Of a DNA stretch of 64,000 nt, positions 48,404-57,101 are shown piece after piece. Where the stretch lies: sequence record OM634661.1, one strand, 5' to 3'. Both the position numbers and the translations under genes were made by a program. The notes beneath the pieces were generated by a model. It was not told where the DNA came from, ran no database searches, and saw nothing but the letters and a program-made list of their open reading frames with translations. Position 1 is the first letter of the stretch. Each line of letters starts with the position of its first letter.

Positions 48404-48823
48404 TTAAATGAAATCGTCCTCTTGATCAATAGAGGGCAATGCAACAGGTTTAGTGGAATTAATTTTTGAAACAAAAAGAGTATTTTTTCTAACTTTCTGT
48501 GTGTAAATAGAAAGAATATCAGTAGAATAATGTACAAAATAACGTTTAATATTTCCTGAATCATTTTTTACTTGAGCTAATAATGTATTTGAAGAATATT
48601 CTGGTATAAAAAGATTTACGTTTAAGTCAGATACTTTCTCAATTGAATTAACATGATCAATGATAGATTGAAAACGAGCGCTGTAAGATTCTTGAGTTTC
48701 TTCTAATAACCAAAAATCTGACATGACTGCTGCATTAGATGCTGTGTATCCTACATCTATAAGCTTGTTATTCAATTCTTCTTTATTTAAATTTTCAAAA
48801 TCTGTTTGAAGTTGTTGAGTCAA
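48404..48823 (-). CDS. hypothetical protein in the Ubl operon (139 aa)
   Basis: TTG 48823 after AAGGAGGAG. Confidence 0.7.
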   Translation of the reverse strand: MTQQLQTDFENLNKEELNNKLIDVGYTASNAAVMSDFWLLEETQESYSARFQSIIDHVNSIEKVSDLNVNLFIPEYSSNTLLAQVKNDSGNIKRYFVHYSTDILSIYTQKVRKNTLFVSKINSTKPVALPSIDQEDDFI

Positions 48824-48853
48824 ATTAAACTCCTCCTTATTAGTCAATTCATG

Positions 48854-48898
48854 AAAGGCAAGAAGATGTGTATAAATACAAGCCTCTTCCTGCCCTTT
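48854..48898 (-). other. long stem-loop directly 3' of the poly-Ubl gene
   Basis: AAAGGGCAGGAAGA..TGTAT-TT-ATACA..TCTTCTTGCCTTT. Confidence 0.55.
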
Positions 48899-48929
48899 TG
48901 TATCAACTAATCAATTTTTTTGAAATGAA

Positions 48930-49637
48930 TTACTTTACAACGATGCGTGGCATACCTTTAACTCCAGCTTTCACTTCGAAAGTAATTGTATCACCTTCTA
49001 CAGTTGCTGTTGCATTTTCTAATTCTGGATAGAATTTGCTAAACTCTTCTTGAATTTCTTTAACAGTTAGCTCATCATTATCAATTTTTAATTCGTTAGT
49101 ACCGTATTTCACAGTACGAGCCATACCTTTAACTCCAGCTTTTACCTCGAAAGTAATTGTGTCGCCATCGACTGTTGCTGTTGCATTCTCAAGTTCAGGG
49201 TAAAATTTACTGAACTCTTCTTGAATCTCTTTAACTGTCAATTCATCGTTGTCAATTTTTAATTCATTAGTACCATATTTTACTGTACGTGCCATGCCCT
49301 TCACTCCCGCTTTCACTTCAAATGTAATTGTATCTCCATCAACAGTAGCTGTCGCATTTTCTAGTTCAGGGTAGAATTTGCTGAATTCCTCCTGAATTTC
49401 CTTAACAGTTAATTCATCATTATCAATTTTAAGTTCATTAGTGCCATACTTTACTGTGCGTGCCATACCTTTAACCCCCGCCTTTACCTCAAATGTAATT
49501 GTATTTCCTTCTACAGTTGCTGTTGCATTTTCAAGTTCTGGATAGAATTTAGTGAACTCTTGTTGGATTTCCTCAACTGTCAACTCGTCATTATCAATTT
49601 TCAATTCGTTAGTACCGTATTTTACTGTTCTTGTCAT
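48930..49637 (-). CDS. poly-ubiquitin-like precursor: 4 x 57-aa Prok_Ub (PRTRC protein C type) plus MPRIVVK cap
   Basis: ATG 49637 after GGAGG; every unit ends FYPELENATA..ITFEVKAGVKG, matching the PRTRC-C C-terminal GxKG pattern. Confidence 0.88.
   Translation of the reverse strand: MTRTVKYGTNELKIDNDELTVEEIQQEFTKFYPELENATATVEGNTITFEVKAGVKGMARTVKYGTNELKIDNDELTVKEIQEEFSKFYPELENATATVDGDTITFEVKAGVKGMARTVKYGTNELKIDNDELTVKEIQEEFSKFYPELENATATVDGDTITFEVKAGVKGMARTVKYGTNELKIDNDELTVKEIQEEFSKFYPELENATATVEGDTITFEVKAGVKGMPRIVVK
48954..49637 (-). repeat. four tandem 171-bp coding repeats
   Basis: Units at 49637-49467, 49466-49296, 49295-49125 and 49124-48954; many third-position differences. Confidence 0.95.
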
Positions 49638-49776
49638 TATAAATTCCTCCGATATAATAAGTTTTTTTTTGTAAATCATTATTTTATGATGTCTTTATCT
49701 AAGAAGACTATATATTAGAATGAGATAAATCACAGATCTCTTCGATCAATCACCCCCTTAAGCTAATAAAAATTAT

Positions 49777-50607
49777 TTAATCATCATAATCTACTTCATC
49801 ATCATCGTCATCGTGACCTTGCTCCATTCTTTGCCTTTGATCAATAACTAATTTGCTTAATTCCTCATCATCAATCTCAAGTAACGAATAAATCTTATTC
49901 GTCAGTTCATGAGAATTGTAGTCTAAAAGATAAGACTTGATTAATTTCCAATTGATTCCATCATCATCAAGATTAACAAAATTGTCAATTTTCTCTTGAA
50001 GATCTTTATCAATTGTTAATCCATATTTTAAAGAAAAACGGATTGATCTAAGAAAACGATTTGTTGTTAATGTCTTTTTACTTGTAAAATCTGTTTCTCT
50101 TAATATTTTATTTTCCAAATCACTTAAAGATTGTTTTGTACAATACATTTTCTTTAAGAATGGAGAATAAGAAAATTGATTAATTGTAAAATCAAAATGA
50201 TGCGGTGGTGTCATATAAGAATTGCTATTCAAATAAGGTTGTTTTTCAAGATCTTTTTCTGATATATGTTCATGGTTCTTAGAAAATATATTGAAAGATA
50301 AATATGATGAATCAAAAGGGTTATTGTAAATAAGATCCTTCTCTTTATAAGAATTTTTTGATTGAAAAACAGGTGTATATTCACTTGTTCGAATATATTC
50401 ATAAATGTTTGAACCATTTGGATGAATAAGATCTACATCATTAAATTCAAATCCTAATAAATGATCCCTAACAAATCCACCAACAATCACAAACTTTTCT
50501 TTTGAACCACCTCCATTGTTGCTTAATATTAAAAAATCTAAATCATCAATAAGATTAATAACACTTGTTGGAATGTCAATTTCTATATCTTTTTCAAGAT
50601 AAGTCAT
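49777..50607 (-). CDS. class II (CCA-adding/PolyA polymerase-like) nucleotidyltransferase, short and motif-divergent
   Basis: IVGGFVRDHLLG..DVDL, DFTINQ, RFLRSIRF. Confidence 0.75.
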   Translation of the reverse strand: MTYLEKDIEIDIPTSVINLIDDLDFLILSNNGGGSKEKFVIVGGFVRDHLLGFEFNDVDLIHPNGSNIYEYIRTSEYTPVFQSKNSYKEKDLIYNNPFDSSYLSFNIFSKNHEHISEKDLEKQPYLNSNSYMTPPHHFDFTINQFSYSPFLKKMYCTKQSLSDLENKILRETDFTSKKTLTTNRFLRSIRFSLKYGLTIDKDLQEKIDNFVNLDDDGINWKLIKSYLLDYNSHELTNKIYSLLEIDDEELSKLVIDQRQRMEQGHDDDDDEVDYDD

Positions 50608-50636
50608 GAGTTACCTCCAGTTCCTTCTAAGTAATT

Positions 50637-51227
50637 CTACTTAGAATTTTCAATATGATCTTTTACAAGAAGAATCATCTCATCTTGTGCTTGCAACATA
50701 AATTCATTTCCTTGTTCAATATTTCTTGCAATCTGATTCATCTTAGGAACATCTTCACTATCTAAAGCTTTAGGAAGATCTTTAGGAATATGCTCATATT
50801 TATCAGATGCTTTCATCATATATTTATGAACATTTTTAAATTTACTAGGAACATCTTTTTTATCTCGACCATCATCTACAAGAGTTTGAATATCAGTTAA
50901 ATTATCAATAAGTGATAAACTCCATTCTTCATCTTCTAAATTAGGTGTTTCCAAAAGAGTAGAGAATTTAAGTAATGCAATAGAATAATCTTGAGCATAT
51001 GTTTCAAGCCAAGCAGCATATTCTTCTTCTTGTTTAGTCACTTTAGCTGCTTCTTTTTTCTTATCTGTTTTTAATGTGTCAACTGGTTTTGCTGATGCCT
51101 CTTTAGAAGTTGGAACATCTTTCGTATCTTTTGGATCATTCGTTTTTCCTGTACAAGCATTAATAAGAACGATTAAAAGAACAAGAAGAATAAATCCCCA
51201 AAAAACATTTTTTAAACAACCTTTCAT
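50637..51227 (-). CDS. lipoprotein
   Basis: Basic N-terminus, hydrophobic stretch and lipobox INAC. Confidence 0.75.
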   Translation of the reverse strand: MKGCLKNVFWGFILLVLLIVLINACTGKTNDPKDTKDVPTSKEASAKPVDTLKTDKKKEAAKVTKQEEEYAAWLETYAQDYSIALLKFSTLLETPNLEDEEWSLSLIDNLTDIQTLVDDGRDKKDVPSKFKNVHKYMMKASDKYEHIPKDLPKALDSEDVPKMNQIARNIEQGNEFMLQAQDEMILLVKDHIENSK

Positions 51228-51238
51228 TTCGTTTCCCC

Positions 51239-51865
51239 CTAAATAGTAAATGTAATATTTTTTTGTTTTAAAAAGTGTAAGATTAAAGCTGATGCAATCA
51301 TTTGTGACAAAGAAATAACTTCAGAAAGTCGTACATTTTGAAGTGACAATGAAGTTAAAAATGAGCTTGAATCATAAAAAACTAAAGGACAAGAAATGGA
51401 AAAATCACCTATACTGTCAACTTCTTTATTAAGTCCTGATCCTGGTTGAATACCTTCATTTTTCAAAAAAACTTTACCAATAAAATTAGGTGGAAAAGTG
51501 TCTGTAAGAACACTAGAATCAATTGAAAATTGATATTGATATTGACCTTTGATTTCTTCTATTCTTTGAGCCATGTTTTCAAAATGAAGAGGATTATGAA
51601 TGGTTCCAAGAACATTGAATCCATACTGACTTAAAAAGTGACCAACAAAAGGGCCAAGAGAGTCACCAGTTGACCTATCAGTTCCAAAAGCAAGAAAGAC
51701 AGTGTTATCAATTGTCATATCTTTAGGTAAATTACTTTTTAGATGCCTTCTCAACTCTTTTAAGCTTGAGGAGCATTTGTTTATTTTCTTTTGGGAAGAT
51801 GTAATGTTTTTCTGTGAGATGAGAACATCTCGGACATTCTCCAATTTCTGAAACATACTGAGCAC
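51239..51865 (-). CDS. yyaC: YyaC-like (GPR-related) spore protease family protein
   Basis: GTDRSTGDSLGPFVG, GTIHNPLH..N, IDS, QPGSGLNK. Confidence 0.8.
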   Translation of the reverse strand: MLSMFQKLENVRDVLISQKNITSSQKKINKCSSSLKELRRHLKSNLPKDMTIDNTVFLAFGTDRSTGDSLGPFVGHFLSQYGFNVLGTIHNPLHFENMAQRIEEIKGQYQYQFSIDSSVLTDTFPPNFIGKVFLKNEGIQPGSGLNKEVDSIGDFSISCPLVFYDSSSFLTSLSLQNVRLSEVISLSQMIASALILHFLKQKNITFTI

Positions 51866-51897
51866 CCCTTGGGTCCTGACAAACAGGACAACTATAT

Positions 51898-52965
51898 TTA
51901 TTCACAGCTATCACTCAAATCTTTGTAAGATTTAATATAATAATTCCAACTATGATTAAAAACAGATTCAACATCTAATTCTAAATCAAGCTCTATGAAA
52001 TGAATTGTAAAGTTCAACATAGGAATAGATTCAGAATTCAAATAAACGTCTGTGAAATTTTTAGTAATGATAGTTCCTATATGTTCAATACCATCTATTT
52101 CAGAGATAGCATCAGTAATGATTTTCTGAACACTTTTTGGATCAAAATAATACTTGGCTTCTAGAATTTTTGAATGCAAAACATCAGGATCTCCAGAAGC
52201 AAATAAGTCTGTATTAGGTAATTCAGAGAAATAATCAATTAAGACTTCTTTAGTTTGCTTCATCTTGTTCTCCTTTTCTTTATCTAGTAGCATTAAGTGG
52301 ATTGCAAGAGATCCATCTATAATCCATGTTTTAAGCATAGGAATGTATCCAGATGGATAAGTGAATGTACATGTTGATAAATTAGGAATGTAAGGACCGT
52401 CTTGATTGTCTTGATAATAACCTTGTATTTTAATCCTATCATCTGAGCTTGTGGCATAATGTATATAAGCTGATGATCCAGTATCATTTAAAAAGTAAAA
52501 TTCATGATCATTATCAATATCACCAAGATCAATATTTTCATAATACTGAATTTCATCATTATCAGGTATTAAAACAGGTTCTACCCATTCAGTATTTTTA
52601 TGATCTTCTTTTTCAAGATAAGACATAGTGAGTTCATGAATTTCATTGTCAGATAAATGTTCATTTTCTTGATTTGAAATCGTTTTTTTGAATTCACTAA
52701 ATAAATCTTGAAAAGCATCTAACATTGATTCAGTTAAAAGATCATGTTCTTCTAATTCATGATAAATAGACTTTAATTTTTCATATGAGATACCAGTAGT
52801 GTTTTCTTTTCCATCATAACCATAATATCTACCATCATCGTCAACTAGGCAGGTAGATCCATTAAAACACATGTTGTTATTTTCAAGGGTTAGAAGAAAA
52901 TGGTCTAAAGTAATATCATCATTATCTTCCCAAGAAATTAATCCCGATACATCAAGATGTTTCAT
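51898..52965 (-). CDS. hypothetical acidic protein
   Basis: 355-aa ORF, RBS AAAGGAG. Confidence 0.75.
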   Translation of the reverse strand: MKHLDVSGLISWEDNDDITLDHFLLTLENNNMCFNGSTCLVDDDGRYYGYDGKENTTGISYEKLKSIYHELEEHDLLTESMLDAFQDLFSEFKKTISNQENEHLSDNEIHELTMSYLEKEDHKNTEWVEPVLIPDNDEIQYYENIDLGDIDNDHEFYFLNDTGSSAYIHYATSSDDRIKIQGYYQDNQDGPYIPNLSTCTFTYPSGYIPMLKTWIIDGSLAIHLMLLDKEKENKMKQTKEVLIDYFSELPNTDLFASGDPDVLHSKILEAKYYFDPKSVQKIITDAISEIDGIEHIGTIITKNFTDVYLNSESIPMLNFTIHFIELDLELDVESVFNHSWNYYIKSYKDLSDSCE

Positions 52966-52979
52966 AAAAAAACTCCTTT

Positions 52980-53372
52980 CTAACTGTTATACATATTATC
53001 TTTTTTGTCATGATTATCTAGAATTCTTCTTAATTGTTCAAATTCATATGAAATGATTTCTTTTAATTTTGGGTCAGCATCCTTAAGAGCATGTTGAATA
53101 GTATGGGTAAATTCTCTAGCTCTTTTAATACGTCTTGCTTTTCTTCTAAGAATCTTTTCATTTTGAACAGTTTCTATAAATTCTTTTGCAAGAAGATCTG
53201 CTGTCTTAGCTCTTTGAATAAGCCAATTTAAGTCATTTTCTGCATCTTCCATCTGTAGAATCTGTCCGCCTGTCCAATATTCTCTGTCGATGTAATATAT
53301 TTCACCAAATGTATCTAATCTTTCCTCGATACGCTTGATAATTTGATCATTAGTTTCAATTGTCTCACCCAT
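52980..53372 (-). CDS. hypothetical protein
   Basis: 130-aa ORF, RBS AAAGGGTG. Confidence 0.7.
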   Translation of the reverse strand: MGETIETNDQIIKRIEERLDTFGEIYYIDREYWTGGQILQMEDAENDLNWLIQRAKTADLLAKEFIETVQNEKILRRKARRIKRAREFTHTIQHALKDADPKLKEIISYEFEQLRRILDNHDKKDNMYNS

Positions 53373-53427
53373 ACTATCACCCTTTCAGATTTGATCAAAT
53401 ATAGTTATTTATTTCTATAAAAAGAAA

Positions 53428-53757
53428 TTATTTTGTTTCAGTAAGATCGACAAAACCTAAGTTTTTTAGTATGAGAGTAAATTCTTTTGGTTGTATATGC
53501 TCCTTATTGTTCAAAGCTTCAATAACATCAATAAATTGATTTAAAATTGAGAATGCATCACTAAATACTTTAATCCTAGCAAATGATTCTCCATGTATAT
53601 TGATCCATTCCATTTGGATTTCACCAGATGTACTTCCGTCAGAATGATAAAATCCAAATGTTACTGCATCTTCTATGTCTTTCTTTTTTAAAATAGCTTG
53701 AGCATATCTTGCTTTTGATAAATGATGAAAACCTCTCTGTAACATGTTAATAACCAC
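53428..53757 (-). CDS. hypothetical phage protein
   Basis: 109-aa ORF. Confidence 0.65.
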   Translation of the reverse strand: MVINMLQRGFHHLSKARYAQAILKKKDIEDAVTFGFYHSDGSTSGEIQMEWINIHGESFARIKVFSDAFSILNQFIDVIEALNNKEHIQPKEFTLILKNLGFVDLTETK

Positions 53758-53835
53758 CTTTCATTTCAAATTTTATTATGTAAAAAGAGAGACATAAGCC
53801 TCTCTCTTCAAATTTTTTATATCATTATGTTTAAA

Positions 53836-54180
53836 TTATTCTTTTGAATCATTTTTCTCTGAATCTTTATTATTAAAAAGATCATTAATGAGTTTAGAAT
53901 AATTTTCAGGATCAAGAATATTACTTAAATGAGTAAAAGGTTTAAAGGATGGATCTCCATTTGATTTTTCAGTTGATTCAAACTTCATATGTTCAAAAGG
54001 ATCATATTTCATTTGTTCAAACAAATTAGGACTGAATTTAAGTTCTGGGAATGTTACAGGACTAGAACTTTTTAATACAGAAGATGGATCAAGGTCAATT
54101 TCAATATCATCAATATCTACTTGACTCTCTTTTGTTTTAATAGAAATACTTTTAATTTTAATATTCAATATAATGTCCAC
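53836..54180 (-). CDS. hypothetical protein
   Basis: 114-aa ORF. Confidence 0.55.
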   Translation of the reverse strand: MDIILNIKIKSISIKTKESQVDIDDIEIDLDPSSVLKSSSPVTFPELKFSPNLFEQMKYDPFEHMKFESTEKSNGDPSFKPFTHLSNILDPENYSKLINDLFNNKDSEKNDSKE

Positions 54181-54182
54181 CT

Positions 54183-54314
54183 TTATTTTGTGTATTTAGC
54201 ATCAAGAGAATCCATGAGCTTCAAAACAGATTCAGCTGTTACGTCTTTTTTATAAACAAGATCTTCAACTAATGATTCACGAAGAGAAGACCACTTCTTT
54301 TGAGAACTATTCAT
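54183..54314 (-). CDS. small hypothetical protein (43 aa, not in ORF track)
   Basis: RBS GAGGTG; MNSSQKKWSSLRESLVEDL... Confidence 0.55.
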   Translation of the reverse strand: MNSSQKKWSSLRESLVEDLVYKKDVTAESVLKLMDSLDAKYTK

Positions 54315-54324
54315 AAAGTTCACC

Positions 54325-54579
54325 TCATTTAACTTTTTGCTCAAAATCCATCATGGTTAAAACAGGTTCTAAAGCATTGATCTTTGGATAAGATACAGAT
54401 ACTGAAACAGCGTCACAATGAGTGCATTTTAAAACATCTCCAATAACTTCAACACCAAGACCAGTTTTGTCATCAATGTAATCGAGGACTTCATGAGATC
54501 CAACAGTAAAGCATTCTGGACATTGACCATCACTCTCTTCATATTTTTCAGCATTGATAAAGTAAACAGGTTCTGCCAT
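54325..54579 (-). CDS. small zinc-ribbon protein
   Basis: CPEC...CTHC; RBS AAGGAGG. Confidence 0.7.
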   Translation of the reverse strand: MAEPVYFINAEKYEESDGQCPECFTVGSHEVLDYIDDKTGLGVEVIGDVLKCTHCDAVSVSVSYPKINALEPVLTMMDFEQKVK

Positions 54580-55104
54580 ATAAAAGTCACCTCCTTATGA
54601 TAAATCATGTAAGAAAAAAATCATAGATATTTCTTAAAAAAGATCAAAATTATGACCAGGTACTAAATATTTTAGTATCAGGTACTAAAAAATCAGTCAG
54701 TATGTCATTAAATGACAACTTCATATCACATTTTATAAGTGAAATCAATACATTTATTGTGACAATCTTGTGAACGCATTGAAGTCAGTCATACCAATGG
54801 TTCTAAGATTTTCTGAATATTGTCAATAAAAAAACTTTATTTATTTTTTGAAGTGATGTGTAAAATGGACCTTTTTCTCCTTTTTATTATATATAGAGAC
54901 ACTTTTTCTAAGAAAACCGCATTTAGAAAGTGTTTTGAACTTAATGTTTTTTAAAAAAGAAGTAAAACACCACCCAAGAAGTTGATTAGTAAGACAATGC
55001 TTAGTATTCAATTCTTAATGAATAAGAGAGAAAAATACACAGTCAGTTGATATATAATACTTTGATTGGGGAGTCTATGCATTTTTAGCAATGCATGAAT
55101 GTCT

Positions 55105-55710
55105 TTAATCACTCACTGTATTCATTTGATCATACTGAATATGTGTATAAGGACCATGATCTTTAAAGAAATGAGCAGCAAGATTAGTTGTAGAATCATC
55201 TAAATGGATGACAGGTAAATCTTGAATGCATCTAATGTCTGGATTACTCTTTAAGAATCTATAAAAGTCATAAGCAGTTTCTTTAATGAATAAAAACATA
55301 TCGTTTGAGTAAATTTCTTGATGTGTATACATCTTAGTAAGTCTATGAGTAATAAGTTTAAGATGAGAGTAATGTTCATTCAAATGTGATCTAAAATCAG
55401 TAAGCATATCTTCATTGGTTGAAATGTAGAAAGCAGCTTTATACGGATCATGCATTTTGTGAACATCATATCTAGGATCTTGATACAAGATTAATGCGTG
55501 ATAATGTATATCTGGAGATGGTTCATGGATAATGTCATGATTATGAATATCAACCTCTGTAAACATCATAGAAGGTTCACTGTGATTAAGAATCTGAATC
55601 CTTGAGTAAGACTCTCTGCTTTCAATAACAACTCCTGATGAGCCTACAAACGCCTCATAACCCATATGCTTAGAGAAACTGTCGCCAATAGATACAAATT
55701 TATTTAGCAT
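55105..55710 (-). CDS. hypothetical protein
   Basis: 201-aa ORF, RBS AAAGGAGG. Confidence 0.7.
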   Translation of the reverse strand: MLNKFVSIGDSFSKHMGYEAFVGSSGVVIESRESYSRIQILNHSEPSMMFTEVDIHNHDIIHEPSPDIHYHALILYQDPRYDVHKMHDPYKAAFYISTNEDMLTDFRSHLNEHYSHLKLITHRLTKMYTHQEIYSNDMFLFIKETAYDFYRFLKSNPDIRCIQDLPVIHLDDSTTNLAAHFFKDHGPYTHIQYDQMNTVSD

Positions 55711-56716
55711 GAGCTAATCCTCCTTTGTTTTTACCACGCATAAGAACTTCAGATTTTCTCTGGTTAGAAAGTTTTTTTCTTAATTCAGGTGAACGAACAG
55801 CTTTTCCAATATGTTTTACACGATCATAATCAAGATTGTTTCTTTTTGAAATATCTACATAAGAATCTGTTGTGTCTCTAATATCATAAAATGCATCAAT
55901 CTCATTTTGTGACTTTAAAATAGGATTCCTGTTTCCGAAAGTGTTCATTATTTTTAAACCACGATCAACTTTGATTAACTTTGGTTTATCCAAATCTTCT
56001 TTGATTTTCACATCATAAAAATCATAATATTTCTTTTTAATGTTTTTTCTTATAACACCTATATATTGAGCGCTAATATTAAGCTTTTTCCCAATTTGAA
56101 CGAGATTCTCTCCCTGCATTAAAAGATTGACGACTTCTTTTTCACGTTTGGTTAACTGTTGGATGAATTCATCAAGATAAAGATGTGTATCATCATCGTT
56201 AAAACCAATAAAAGAAGAAAAATAAATGTTTTCCTCTTCATCTTTATTTTTCACAAGAAGATCTAATGAGTAAGGAACTCTGTTGTTAATGTAATCAATA
56301 GCAAACTTCACTAAATTTTTTGATACTTTCTTTTCACCAAATTTATTCTTACAAAGAATAAAAATTTCATCAATAGGAAGATAAACAACATCTTTAAGGT
56401 TAATGAAAGAAGCAATTTCTTTTACAAGAGGTGAATAGTTTAAAGATACATCATGAGATCTTAAGAATTTTGTAAACTCTTTCATCATTTGATACTCAAG
56501 ATAAGTGGAGAAAGAAACATTTTTTCCATTTACATTAGGGACATATGTTTTATATGCGTTTATGAATCCTATAGAACAAACTGAAAAAACATCATCTGTT
56601 TCCAAGAAATTATATGCCATAATCTGCTTCTTACGATGCATAAACTTGTAAATCAATCTCTTATTTTCTTCAAAATAATCTTCAAAAGGAACACCGATAT
56701 GTTTATTGATCAGCAT
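55700..56716 (-). CDS. sigma-70 family (SigF/G/B-like) sigma factor with C-terminal extension
   Basis: Region 2: ENKRLI..DDVFS..IGFINAY..FSTY; region 3 end SLD; region 4: LTKREKEV..G.NL.QIGKKLNIS. Confidence 0.78.
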   Translation of the reverse strand: MLINKHIGVPFEDYFEENKRLIYKFMHRKKQIMAYNFLETDDVFSVCSIGFINAYKTYVPNVNGKNVSFSTYLEYQMMKEFTKFLRSHDVSLNYSPLVKEIASFINLKDVVYLPIDEIFILCKNKFGEKKVSKNLVKFAIDYINNRVPYSLDLLVKNKDEEENIYFSSFIGFNDDDTHLYLDEFIQQLTKREKEVVNLLMQGENLVQIGKKLNISAQYIGVIRKNIKKKYYDFYDVKIKEDLDKPKLIKVDRGLKIMNTFGNRNPILKSQNEIDAFYDIRDTTDSYVDISKRNNLDYDRVKHIGKAVRSPELRKKLSNQRKSEVLMRGKNKGGLAHAK

Positions 56717-56722
56717 GACGTT

Positions 56723-57091
56723 TTACTCCTTCTTTCTTCTACTTTTCCAATAATCTTTTTGTTCGGACTGAGTGAGAACTTCATAATCATCATTTTCAAG
56801 AAACACCATAATTCCAAAACATTCATTGTGAATATCTACACCAAGTGGAATTTCAGGAGGGAAAGCAACAGCATTGTCTGTAGTAATAGGATTAAAGTAA
56901 TCAATTAATTCTTCATCTCTATATCCAGTCCTCCTCTCTTCGTTCCTTTCTGCAAGCTCTTTTTCACGAGCTTTCGACATATCAATAATGTTGTGAACTC
57001 TAAGGATATCTCCATCCTTATAATTTTTATTTACATAAACTTTTAAACGAATTAAATCACCTTTTTTAGCAAGAGCAGAACAGAGCATCAT
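56723..57091 (-). CDS. hypothetical protein
   Basis: 122-aa ORF, RBS GGAGG. Confidence 0.65.
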   Translation of the reverse strand: MMLCSALAKKGDLIRLKVYVNKNYKDGDILRVHNIIDMSKAREKELAERNEERRTGYRDEELIDYFNPITTDNAVAFPPEIPLGVDIHNECFGIMVFLENDDYEVLTQSEQKDYWKSRRKKE

Positions 57092-57101
57092 AAACCTCCT
57101 G

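Noticed and set aside
48942-48956. The junction GMPRIV resembles the SPbeta arbitrium peptide GMPRGA
   Set aside because: There is no signal peptide, the hexamer is not C-terminal, the conserved RGA end is missing and no AimR-like TPR gene is in the window. Treated as coincidence.
48954-49637. Tandem 171-bp repeats as an assembly duplication or CRISPR array
   Set aside because: The units differ at many synonymous positions, stay in frame and have no spacers.
49700-49760. 13-codon ORF LIEEICDLSHSNI after AAGGGGGTGA, upstream of poly-Ubl
   Set aside because: RBS-start spacing is too short and there is no supporting similarity.
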